A stretch of 64,000 bases of DNA from an uncultured Pseudobdellovibrionaceae bacterium (lineage in GTDB: Bacteria > Bdellovibrionota > Bdellovibrionia > Bdellovibrionales > UBA1609): contig CAWDNU010000001.1 in assembly GCA_963803705.1 (NCBI GenBank), positions 1 through 64,000 on the forward strand. The letters run 5' to 3'. This document shows positions 1 through 10,028 of this stretch, one piece after another; the first letter of the stretch is position 1, and each line of letters begins with the position of its first letter. The notes below the pieces were generated by a model. It searched no databases, had not been told where the DNA came from, and saw only the letters and a program-made list of their open reading frames with translations. The position numbers were made by a program, and so were the translations under genes.

Positions 1-559
1 AAAGCTTGTATGGCTGGTGCAGGTTTTGCCGAGCAGTGTAAGTGTGTATTTGTGGGGGTGTGATCTGTGCAGCAGCTGACTGACAAGCTACTCCCGGCAC
101 TGTACTGCAGCAGCTGCTTCCTGCTCGACCTGTACTTGGACAAGATAGGCGGAGCAGGGAGCAAAGCAGCCGTTCGGGCCTTGAAACTATGAGAGGAGCC
201 TACCCGCCTTTGACTTTATTCCGCTGAAAGTGTAGGCTGAAATGCTATAGACTGAACTGGAAGAAACTTGAAGCCTTGCTACTTGCGTGAGAGCTCACGG
301 AGCCGTACCTTGCCCAAACAATCTACAGCCTCCTACCGCCTCACCACCTGAGGGTTCTGGTGGGCAACGTAAGCTCACTTCTGCTAGACAGTGTAACCGT
401 AACATGCTCCCCAAGGTAGAGCGAGCTTATTCGCCAGAGCTGCATTCTGTGATGGTTGGGCTGCTCACCTTCCCGGCCCTAGACCGGACTGGTGCAGCGT
501 GCCTTATTCGGGAGGGCTATTGGGCCTATACTCCTTATTAACTGCTTATTCGTCCTACA

Positions 560-1399
560 GGAACCACTGCATTTTCAAGGAAAATTTTTTCCTAAGTCTT
601 TCACCTGTTATTGGTAAAAGCTGCTGGGCCTGAAGAAATCGCCTCGAACGGAGTCTACCCATAAGCTATAGGAGACACTATAGTGTGTACTGATTTTTGT
701 GCGAAAAGTGAAACACAACGAGTGGCTAACGAACACATACTTCACCTCGAGTCGAAACATGCGATGATAAAAAAGATGAGAGCGTATGGCCGAGTATCAT
801 GTGCTGCTGCTAGGCGTTAGAACTGCCTGATCAAGCATTTCGTGCTCTTTTTTGGGGAACAATAAAGCTGAAGAACGGGAGACCTCAGCCGATGACATAC
901 TTTCACAGGCTTTACCGTTCACGACATGAAAGATCATCTGGCCACTGAGTTTCCTAAAATCTGAAATACTGAGAAGTTGTATTTGTATTTTTGGGCAACT
1001 TTGCCGGTCAACCAGCCGATGAGGAGTGAGTATATGTTGCGACGGCTATAAGAACTAACGAGGGAGGCGGTACGTTAGAGAAGTACGGACCAGTGAACTG
1101 TTTTGTCTGTTATGTAAAATTAGAAGAGACTGTGATGCTTAAAATTGATGTGATGCCATTCACTATTGATATCAGAAAAAAACTATCTTCAAAAAAGGAA
1201 TAGAAACAAGGTGTAGAGCAAGGGATCGAAAGGGGATGCTGAGGGAAATGGGAAACATAAACAGTTGCTAATTACTAAAGCACTGCTGCTTAAAGGTCAA
1301 ATGACTTCAGAGGAAATTGCCCTCATTGCTGATGCTCCGACCCAGCCTCCGTAGAACAGGGTGAAGCAGGAAACTGAAAGAGAAGGCGAGCCGAAGTAA
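560..1399 (+). pseudogene. Frameshifted Rpn/YhgA-like (PD-(D/E)xK transposase-like) protein of Bacteroidota type; ends approximate
   Basis: Colinear fragments in shifting frames: IFKEN (571), EHILHLE (731), MAEYH (786), MPFTIDIRK (1153), QGVEQGIERG (1207). The many indels are probably read errors. Confidence 0.55.
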
Positions 1400-2789
1400 G
1401 GCAGACACTTAAAATTCTGTGCAGCGGCTTACGATGAAAAACAGTCTGATCCTTCCAAAGCTTCATTGAGTGACAAAGAGTACTTCCGATGAATAGGACG
1501 CCCAGCGAGAAGCTTCAAAAAATCAGCCGCCTGAAATTCAGGAAAGTTGCAGAGCCATACAAAAATTATGAGCTGAGTAACCAAAGAGAGCATGATGGGG
1601 TGAGTTGGTGGGAAAACGAGGAAAAAAACACAAATAGATTAGTTGCTGCGAGCTGCGGCTCAAACCAATCCGACCACAAATTGGTATACCTGCTCAGCTA
1701 ATCTGCCGAAAGTCGATGAAGACGGAGCTGATTCAGGAAGACTTCGGCAGCCGGCTTAAGCTGCTCGATGCGGCGAACACGCCTCCTTGGGATGGTAAGT
1801 AAAAATGATCTATCGAAAAGGCTATGACGCTGATGATGGGTAAACCATGACTGGTATTATTCGGTTATGAATGCCCCTACGGCCAACAGGTTGATGGTAC
1901 TGCTCAGTGGGGACTCCATTGGGTGGACGATCCGCAAAGGGCGAAATTGCTAACAGCAGCCGACTGGATGAAGAAATACTTTACACTACTTCTGAAAGAC
2001 TATATGCTGATACGAAGCAGTAGATACGATAAAGAAAGTGGGTGGGTGCTGGTGCAAAAGATCTACTGTAGCATTAGTGGACTAGTTAATGATCTCTGAC
2101 CTTGGCTGATGAAGTTCTGAAGCCTTTCTAGCTGTTCTGTACCTTGGGCAGAATTGAAAAATAGCGTGCTCTGCTTAAATCCAACAAGTTTACAGTTGAG
2201 AAAGGCTAAAGGAGATAAAACATGCGGGCGATGAGCGTGCATCATTGTTCCCACTTATCGTTCACCGAACACATAGTACTTATTAGGCGGGCCATAACTG
2301 GAGCAAAACTGAAGCTCCTACTCGACTCAGACCAGCTTCACGAAAAACCTCGAAGAAGTCTGTGGATATAATGAAACTATGCTCATGCATTCATGACTGA
2401 CTCGCTAATATGAAGAGCAGGAGCAGGTGCTTAGGCAAAATGCTAATTCAAGGAGGTACTGACGAAGAAAAAGCAGATTTGTCAACTGCTTGATGATCAC
2501 CTTACAAACAGATCATATTTCTGCTGACATCCTTAAAACTTCTCACCGTAACTATGTCGGTTACTTTAACTTCATCAGCGAAACAGTAAGTTGCTTTTAC
2601 GAAAAATTAAACCATAGAACAAACTCAGTAAGTGGCACAAGCTGACCGTATTATTTCCGGAGGGCGGCCTTGTACCTTAGGGTGTTGGTCTTCAAAGAAA
2701 CATACTGAAGGGTTCAAAGCAACCCTCAGGAGAAAGAAGCTCTATATTTATGACATAGGCTTAGAGTCGTATGTTCAGGTACTTGAGAA

Positions 2790-4390
2790 AAATCACTGCG
2801 ACCTCTTCATCATCTGTGCTTCACCGCAAGCTGATCGTTTTGTGTGTAAAAAGCTCAAGCAAATACGTACCGCTGGAAAGCGGCTGAAATCAAGGCGGGT
2901 AGTCTGCCCGACTGAGGTTGTTCAGCTCTAGCACCTGTTGCCCGATAGCTGAGCGCACTACAATTCTTTTCAACGCTCCGCTGCTGTACGGCAAGCTAAT
3001 GTGCAGTTCATCTTGCACCGGTACCGGGTACAGCTCTAGCTCGGCCGATAGATCAGGGTTTACCTGCAAACCTGTTACCGTAAATGCGATACTGTTGCTA
3101 AAGGTTTCGCAGCCGTTTGGCAAGGTGTAACCAAGTACGTACTGCCCACTTTCATTGGGTACAATGGTATTACCGGCTGCGCCCGCTATAGCTACGCTAC
3201 CCAAGTACCACTGGTAAATACCCCCTTCTACAGATACTGCCGCTTCTAGCGCGTCTGTACCGTTGCTGCTAATGCTTACTTCTGCAGTTTCAAGCAGTTC
3301 AATAGTTAGTGGCGTAGAGAAGCTTCGGCAGCCTTCTTGCCCGGTCACGGCTACAGAGTAGCTGCCCGCTGCATTGGCAAAGTAGCTACTGCTGTTGGCC
3401 AGCGGAATAGGTGTGCTGCCTCTGTACCACTGGTAGCTAAGTGCAGTGGTATCACCACCAGCTACCTGGGCATTAATCACTGCCGATATCGGTACAGCTG
3501 CACAGTAACTAAGCGGACTACTTGTAACAAGTGAAATCTCGCGGGTGGTGGTACATTCTAAAAGTACGGTAATGTTACGCGAGCTTAGCTCCAGCCCCGG
3601 AACAAGGCTATTGCTAGCACGAACAGTAAAAACACCCACACTTTCAGCAGTTACCACGAAGCTAAACGAGCTATTGTTGGTAAACTGCAGCTCCTGCCCA
3701 TCTTTAAACCAACGGTAGCTGTTGGCGCTCCCGCCAATATTGGCAGAAATGGTAAGCAAGCTGCCGGCCGAACCAAAAATGGTTTCGTCAGGGCGCTGAC
3801 GCAGCTGAGGCGTGTACAATAAACCAGATAGTTGACCCATAATCGGCTCCAGATCGGCAAAGTCAAGTAAGTTTCTGCGCAGGTTGAGCTGCGAAAGCAA
3901 CGGCAGATCGATCAGTCCGGCAGGTAGTGCTTCTAGCAGGTTGCTGTTTACATCAAGCTGTGCCAAAGTTGCCAGGCCGGTAACAGAGTTCGGCAGCGCT
4001 TGTAGCTGGTTGTCAGCTGCTTTTATCGTTTCTATCTGCGGGAAGAACAGTGCAGGCAGTGCAGTTAGCTGATTCCGACTCACATCTAGCAGGCGTAGCT
4101 GCGGCATATTACGGATGCTGACCGGCAGGTTCTGTAGTGGCTTTCTTGCACGAACAAAACTCAAGGCTGCTTAGGTTGCCGATGCTGGCAGGTAAGGCTG
4201 TGAGTTGGTTCCGCGCCAGCCACAGCGTGCGCAGCTGTTGCAGCTCACCGATACTTTCAGGCACGGAGGTGAGCTGGTTGCGGTCTAAATCGAGATACTC
4301 TAATTCAACCAGATTCCCGATAGCCTCTGGCAAACTGCTGAAGTTATTACCGAACAGATCGAGCCTGCGCAATGCCGTCATTTTTCTAAG
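2790..4390 (-). CDS. LRR + Ig-like repeat secreted protein with T9SS type A C-terminal sorting domain; 5'-truncated and frameshifted
   Basis: ORFs 4109-4420 and 2890-4164 give continuous LRRs (LxxLxLxxNxLxxLP), Ig-like YxWxxxG repeats and LELYPVPVQDELHI; the sorting domain continues in another frame as LDFSRFP.GTYLLE. Confidence 0.8.
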
Positions 4391-4400
4391 CTTACAGATT

Positions 4401-4967
4401 TTAGTCTTCGACACCTTCAAAAGGTTTAAAATCCTTAATCACCATCGAATAAAAAAATGGCGTAACAGATGTTGATCCGTCACCCGCTGACTCATATTGA
4501 ACGATGTCCAATGTATTTCCGGATTTCATCTTTTTCTTAAATAAAGTAATATAGAATGGATTTTGCTTAAATGAATTCGACTCTTTCGGATAACTTGTCA
4601 ATTCATGCACTTTATAAGTTCTGGTATTACGATCTGACACGAGTCCATAGACTAAAACTACTTTTCGAGTGCTTGAGTAACCAAATATAACAATATCTCG
4701 TAAGCCGTCGCTATTAAAATCTGCTGTTTTAGCCATCGGTGTTTTATCTGAATTACTTACAGCTAACTTCGAGAAGTTAGTTCTGGCAAAAACTTTAAAT
4801 CCAGGGTCTTCCTTAGATAAAATTTGATCAATAGTTGATCCTAATACTACGCCGCCGCCTTCAAAGATTCTAGGAAGAACCATTCTTTTTAGCGGAGCTG
4901 CAAAAACTACACTTGGCACTAACAAGGCCAGACAAAAACAAAATTTATAAATTGATCTATTCTGCAC
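4401..4967 (-). CDS. Secreted hypothetical protein with one FG-GAP/DxDxDG-like motif
   Basis: Signal peptide; ADFNSDGLRDIVIFG; overlaps the hydrolase gene end by 11 nt. Confidence 0.65.
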   Translation of the reverse strand: MQNRSIYKFCFCLALLVPSVVFAAPLKRMVLPRIFEGGGVVLGSTIDQILSKEDPGFKVFARTNFSKLAVSNSDKTPMAKTADFNSDGLRDIVIFGYSSTRKVVLVYGLVSDRNTRTYKVHELTSYPKESNSFKQNPFYITLFKKKMKSGNTLDIVQYESAGDGSTSVTPFFYSMVIKDFKPFEGVED

Positions 4968-5970
4968 CGCTAACTCCCAGTAACTCTTTGTTTAGTACAC
5001 TTTGCCTTGAACCTAAACTAATATTTCTAAATGATGGGTTTTGCTTATAGACATGTTGATGTCCAGGCTTTGAGATCCCAGGCCACCAACCCCAAGCCGG
5101 TCTGGCAAGTCGGGGATTATAAAACGAATCATACTTCCAGGGACCCCGCTTTATAGTCTCAATAGCTGCGTCTGCGCACTGCCTTAACATATTACCATTT
5201 ATTCTTTTTTTTGACATTCGAGGGAAACTTTTAGTTCTCGAACTATAAAATGTCCACGAAAATTGGGACCTTTGCCAAATTACATCACAAATTGTACTTG
5301 GATAGGCTTTTAATTGAACCCTTCTAAGGACTGTCTGATTTATGTTCACTCGCCCCTCTTGAGGTTCTACCCAAGATTCATTAGCACAGTTACATATCAA
5401 ACATTCTTCCGCTCTTCCGGAATTGTTTCCGCAAGAAATAGTTCTGCCACTACTTTTTAGGCTTTGAAGTTTTCCAATGAGGCTGGGTACCTTAGTGCTG
5501 ACATGTCGTCCGTTACTTGATGAAAACCTCATGTTTGGGTATTTTTGTTTGTCTATTAATGCTGAGGTCAAACCATAAAAACGGCCAACATCAGGTAAGG
5601 TCCTTGGGTATCTAGGATCGTAGTCAGTGTAGAATGGAAACCGTCTGACTCCATCGGAAGGGTCAGTTCTTGGTTCAAAGGCGGAACGATTGGTTCCTGT
5701 ACGCCAACTTTCTAGAGTTTTAAATAATTCTATACTGCCATCTTTATCGTAGCTTACAAATTTATCTGGAATATTAAATCTATAGGTGTCAATATTTCGG
5801 CCAGTATATCCAGTTGGTACGGCCTCACCTTCTTTATCGACGGCTAAACTATTCCATTCAAAAATTCGATACTCTTCAGGTAAACCAGTGGCCGTAATCA
5901 CCAAAGCTTGAGCTTGATAAACAGAAAATATTAAAAATAGAGGTACTAAAATAAATCTAAGATGAATCAC
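4957..5970 (-). CDS. Secreted SleB/CwlJ-family (Hydrolase_2) cell wall hydrolase with N-terminal extension
   Basis: ANESWVEPQEG..V.RRV...YPSTICDVIWQRSQFSW..FYNPRLARPAW..HVYK matches the SleB catalytic domain pattern; signal peptide. Confidence 0.8.
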   Translation of the reverse strand: MIHLRFILVPLFLIFSVYQAQALVITATGLPEEYRIFEWNSLAVDKEGEAVPTGYTGRNIDTYRFNIPDKFVSYDKDGSIELFKTLESWRTGTNRSAFEPRTDPSDGVRRFPFYTDYDPRYPRTLPDVGRFYGLTSALIDKQKYPNMRFSSSNGRHVSTKVPSLIGKLQSLKSSGRTISCGNNSGRAEECLICNCANESWVEPQEGRVNINQTVLRRVQLKAYPSTICDVIWQRSQFSWTFYSSRTKSFPRMSKKRINGNMLRQCADAAIETIKRGPWKYDSFYNPRLARPAWGWWPGISKPGHQHVYKQNPSFRNISLGSRQSVLNKELLGVSGAE

Positions 5971-6006
5971 GAAACCTCAGCAGGAACCAGTTGTATCAGT
6001 GGTTTA

Positions 6007-6032
6007 ATATCGGTATTTTCCGCATATTATTA
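6007..6032 (-). promoter_or_regulatory. Putative sigma28/FliA-type promoter of the hydrolase gene
   Basis: TAAT-N14-ACCGATAT on the minus strand upstream of the 5970 start. Confidence 0.4.
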
Positions 6033-6099
6033 AGTCTTAATTTTCAAGACTAGACTTTGTAGGGGATGAATTCTGAAAGCCGGGCTTGAAGAGCATTTA

Positions 6100-7224
6100 T
6101 TAGCCACAATAAGCATTTGATTTATCAGTCGGGGTCACTGTATAAAAGATCAAACGGATAGGTGGCCGAGTGGCTGAAGGCGCACGCTTGGAAAGCGTGT
6201 AGGCGTTAATAGCGTCTCGAGGGTTCGAATCCCTCCCTCTCCGCCAGTTTGAATCTTCCTTCATTTCAGACAGTATTCTAAGTGGTTTTATTATTTCATA
6301 TCGCATACTTAACCCATCAAACCATCGGTTCGAAAGTAGTTTATCAAGTAGCTGCTTCCTCTCACCCGTGGTCATGTGAATCCATAAAGATTCTGCATTG
6401 TTAGCCAGTTCGATAATGGATTCTACGGTCTCTAAGACAGAGTCCCCAATTTTCATCTGAGTTGATTTCATCAAATCTGCAAAATAAAGCCTTTCTTCTT
6501 GGATTCTTTTTCGCTGATTGGCTTTTACTATCTCTATTTCATTTCTTCGCATTGAAACTAGCTCTCCAAATTCAATAAGCAATGTTCCTTGAAGTGAAAT
6601 TGCCGAATCTTTGTCTGAAAGCGAGGGTAACCAATCTAAAAAATACGTATCCCCAACTAATTTGCGACCAAATGTACTTTTACCCGTATTTTGTTTTCCT
6701 TCTAAAATTGGCATCCAGTCGAATTTGACCCCTGGCTTTAAAGCCCTTGCGATCATAGCAACAAGCCATTCTGTAAAAACCTGTGCTAAATATTCTGGAT
6801 GTCCCTTGGCTTCAAAATAATTAGCTAACCAGGAATCAATTCTAGGAATTTGATCCCATTCAGGTAAAAGGTTAAATCTTTCGATAATTGGGTCAAATTT
6901 ATTCTCTAGTGAAATATTTAAGAGTGCTTCATAAATTAAATCTCGATTGGGTTCAAAACCCCATTTTTGGCCTAACCAAAGTTTAATTTGCACTATGTCC
7001 TCATCCGATAGGCTATCATCTATATTTTTATGCCATGGTGTTTTTGAACCATAGACATCACGATTTGCAAATAAATTACGCTTAAGTAAGTTTTCAGAAA
7101 TATCATTTTTAAGAATAAAAACTACGTTTTGAAGACTTTTTAAAGGGGCAGTGTTAGGTCCCCTGACAATATTCGATAACCATTCTGGCTGATGTCCATG
7201 AAAAGACTTTGATAAGAACTTCAT
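6100..7224 (-). pseudogene. In-frame deletion fusion: truncated VapE-like (virulence-associated E) helicase + C-terminal tail of a large serine recombinase, reading antisense through the tRNA
   Basis: WDQIPRIDSWL, Walker A EGKQNTGKST and Walker B LIEFGEL, then an abrupt switch near 6520 to IIELANNAESLW..ERKQLL..LLSN..FDG....KPL..WRRGRDSNPR. The last motif is antisense tRNA. Confidence 0.75.
6156..6246 (+). tRNA. tRNA-Ser (anticodon GGA)
   Basis: GGATAGGTGGCCGAGTGG..., anticodon arm CACGC-TTGGAAA-GCGTG, long variable arm, GGTTCGAATCC T-arm, encoded CCA. Confidence 0.97.
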
Positions 7225-7225
7225 C

Positions 7226-7444
7226 TCAAAATCCTGAATTACGATAACTTTTGAAGTGAATTTGAACCTCGCCCGACAAACCCTTTTCACCAAGTAAGTT
7301 TAGTAACTGACCTCGGATGATTTTCCAGTTTGGTGTAGTACCCAGTTGAGCTTCGACAACATCCAAAACTCTTCCACGACATTCATTAATTAGGTCTAAA
7401 ACCTTACCCTCTAAAATTTGTTGATTATAATTAATGATTTTCAA
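7226..7444 (-). CDS. Small hypothetical protein upstream of the VapE gene
   Basis: AGGAG RBS before a TTG at 7444; the stop abuts the VapE start. Confidence 0.6.
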   Translation of the reverse strand: MKIINYNQQILEGKVLDLINECRGRVLDVVEAQLGTTPNWKIIRGQLLNLLGEKGLSGEVQIHFKSYRNSGF

Positions 7445-7558
7445 AAGCCTCTCCTTTTTGATCGAGAAGCACAAACTGGGACCATCCCATAATTTACCCG
7501 ACCAAGATGAAGTGAACTTAACTTATCTTTTCAGCTATGTAAGAGGGAACGTTTTAGA

Positions 7559-8380
7559 TCAAAAATGAGTCGAAATGTTCTTATCCCTGGCTTTTGCAAT
7601 CTTTCTTCGCTTATTAGTGCGATCTGTTAGATGTCTGCGTGTAAGATATTTTTCTTCAGGGCTATCTGTAATCACCATAGCTGATTCTTGGGCTAAAGCG
7701 GCAAGGTGTTGTCCAAACCACTGCTTAAATAGAATTGATAAAATCTCGCTTATGAACCTCGTTTTAAAATCAGTGTGCCCTCTTTTTTTTGTTGAAAAGG
7801 TTTCCGCCAATGCTGACTTGTCTTTGATAAACAGACCAACTCGAAGCCCTGTATTTCTTTTATAGAAAGAAAGTTGATTTAAGAGATCATTTTTTATTTT
7901 TAAAATTTGATTTTCATAAGAATTTTCGCCATCAAGTTCTTTTCTTGAAACAAATTTTTTGGTTTCCATTTCACTACAAAACATATCGATGCCATTTGCT
8001 GTTTCTATTAGTTTTTTTATCTGTCTCATTAATTTGGCTTTCGAGCTTTTAATTTCATCTTGCTCCTCTTTACTTAAGGACATATCCAAAGCGTCTAATT
8101 TGGCGAGATGTGCAAAAATTAAAAAATCAGTTGCTAATTTCAGTCCATTTTTATCAATTAAAGAGTAAAATCTTTTCCATAATGGTTTTACTCTTTTGTC
8201 AGTAAGCAAGCGATCCTCAGTTCGTCTTTCGTCAACAAGGTGATCATGATATAATTTCGCTTCACTTTCGCTTAATTTAAGCTGAAAAACTTTTTGAGCT
8301 CTACGTTGAACTATTGAATCTTTCAGTTCAGAAAAAATCCATTCAGGAAAAATGACGTCTTCATTATTTAATTTGCCCAT
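7559..8380 (-). CDS. Hypothetical protein, possibly an element regulator
   Basis: 273-aa ORF with basic C-terminus, flanked by a 12-bp direct repeat. Confidence 0.65.
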   Translation of the reverse strand: MGKLNNEDVIFPEWIFSELKDSIVQRRAQKVFQLKLSESEAKLYHDHLVDERRTEDRLLTDKRVKPLWKRFYSLIDKNGLKLATDFLIFAHLAKLDALDMSLSKEEQDEIKSSKAKLMRQIKKLIETANGIDMFCSEMETKKFVSRKELDGENSYENQILKIKNDLLNQLSFYKRNTGLRVGLFIKDKSALAETFSTKKRGHTDFKTRFISEILSILFKQWFGQHLAALAQESAMVITDSPEEKYLTRRHLTDRTNKRRKIAKARDKNISTHF

Positions 8381-8594
8381 ACCAATAAAACCCTTACCCG
8401 ACCAAACTCACCCAAAAAAACTAACTATTTTTTAGCATTTAAATTCAAAGAAGCAAGGCTGTAGTATTGTCCTTTTCAAGCTAAAACTAGCCTATTTTCA
8501 ATTTAAGTAAATCTTAGTTTGGTAAAAATTTATTCTAAAAGCCAGGAATTATGTTTTAATGGATATTTCTGGTTTATTTACCAAATGGGGGCAC

Positions 8595-9083
8595 ATGGCA
8601 AGTTTCAAACAGGTTTTAGCCAATAAGAAAAATGCGAAGAAAAGCACAGGTCCTTCATCTAGCCAGGGTAAACTCGCTATAAGAAAAAATGCCCTTAAGC
8701 ATGGAATTTTATCTAAAGTGACTGTTTTAGAAGACGAGGACCATAAGCTATTTGGTCGATTCAAATCAGATATGGTGAGTCACTTAAACCCGGTAAATCC
8801 CTCTGAGGAACTTTGTGTTGATAGGATTATTTCATGTGCTTGGAGGCTGCGAAGAATCCTACAAATCGAGAACTTCTTTTTTCAGGATGAGCTGTCTTTT
8901 GATCGCTATAATCCAGTTGCTAAAATCGCAGAAAATTTTGTAAGCAGGGGAAATACGCTCGCCCTAGTAAACAGGTACGAAGTTAATGTCGAACGTAGCC
9001 TATCAAAAGCAATTTATGAACTTAATCGACTCAAGTCTTTAAATAAAACGGATGGAGCGGCCACTGATATCGATCCAACTTGA
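8595..9083 (+). CDS. HGGxSTG-related mobile-element protein
   Basis: MASFKQVLANKKNAKKSTGP.S..GK.....NALKHG N-terminal motif of a widespread element-associated family. Confidence 0.7.
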   Translation: MASFKQVLANKKNAKKSTGPSSSQGKLAIRKNALKHGILSKVTVLEDEDHKLFGRFKSDMVSHLNPVNPSEELCVDRIISCAWRLRRILQIENFFFQDELSFDRYNPVAKIAENFVSRGNTLALVNRYEVNVERSLSKAIYELNRLKSLNKTDGAATDIDPT

Positions 9084-9136
9084 ACTAAATCATAAAATAA
9101 TTTAATTTTTTACGAAACAAAGCCAATTCTTGTCAA

Positions 9137-9877
9137 TTACCCTGTCAAACTATACTCGCTCGCCCAACCTCCAAGAACATACTTGAAATCTTCAATTTTA
9201 TTTTCAATATAATGTATATTCTTACATAAACATTCCTTATTACAAAATCTCCTTCTATAAATTGGAATATCTAAATTATGGCCAGAAATGCAATTTTCAA
9301 AAATTGACTTAGTTTGCGCATAGAAGAGAACGTTTGTAGGATGCTCATCAATTATAATTCTATCAACAACTGATAAAGGTAGACTTCCATTCTCACAAGA
9401 GACCACTATATCTGACCACCCAAAAGTATATTTTTTATCTTTATGTTGTTTATCATTAATAAATACACCTTCGAAATTTGAAAGCCATTTATCTACATCC
9501 TGATGTTGCTCTTCCCAACGATTAGGATTAATTTTAGTTATTCCTAAATTCGAACCATTTTTCAATAAATAATCAAATAATCGATTTATATTAAAACAAA
9601 AAAGAATTGGCCCATAGCTGTTTGGCTTTTTGAAGTTCTGATGTAAATCACTAAAATTGATAAAAATATCATTCCAAATCCCATACTTTTGATCTAGCTT
9701 ATCGCTCCATTGTGAAGACTGTGGAAATTTGTATTCAACACATTTTTCCCTACTGAAAACAGAACCGTATCTCAAGTAGCTAATTGATGTTTCTACTGAA
9801 TTTGCATGATATAAAAATTTAGAATCTCTTTTTAAAAGCTCTTCTAAAAAAAATTCTTTTTTTATGTATGGTCTCAC
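9137..9877 (-). CDS. DarT (DUF4433)-like ADP-ribosyltransferase-fold protein, no adjacent DarG
   Basis: LYHANSVETSISYLRYGSVFSR resembles the DarT N-terminal YHxTxxxNLxSILxxGxLxS motif; SDIVV..LPLSVVDRIII resembles the QAEFLV..VP..I..I segment. Confidence 0.55.
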   Translation of the reverse strand: MRPYIKKEFFLEELLKRDSKFLYHANSVETSISYLRYGSVFSREKCVEYKFPQSSQWSDKLDQKYGIWNDIFINFSDLHQNFKKPNSYGPILFCFNINRLFDYLLKNGSNLGITKINPNRWEEQHQDVDKWLSNFEGVFINDKQHKDKKYTFGWSDIVVSCENGSLPLSVVDRIIIDEHPTNVLFYAQTKSIFENCISGHNLDIPIYRRRFCNKECLCKNIHYIENKIEDFKYVLGGWASEYSLTG

Positions 9878-9894
9878 TTGTTCTCCAATCTAAT

Positions 9895-9922
9895 AAATCG
9901 GAAAAAGTAATACACAACTTTA
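9895..9922 (-). promoter_or_regulatory. Putative sigma28/FliA-type promoter of the DarT-like gene
   Basis: TAAA-N16-TCCGATTT followed by a GGAG RBS. Confidence 0.5.
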
Positions 9923-10028
9923 CTTTTATTAAAAATCTTTGATGCTAGATCAACGATGTGCTACGAGTGAATTAAATAAACTGTCATTTGACCTTTTAAA
10001 ACTAGAAATTAATCAAGCAAATGATAAT

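Noticed and set aside
1400..2800. Short ORFs 1489-1701, 2063-2254 and 2632-2931
   Set aside because: Probably fragments of indel-damaged genes; no recognisable family.
4388..4393. HindIII site at the chimeric junction (also at positions 2-7)
   Set aside because: AAGCTT recurs inside the segment (1458, 1510, 3320) and throughout the window, so it is not diagnostic of ligation.
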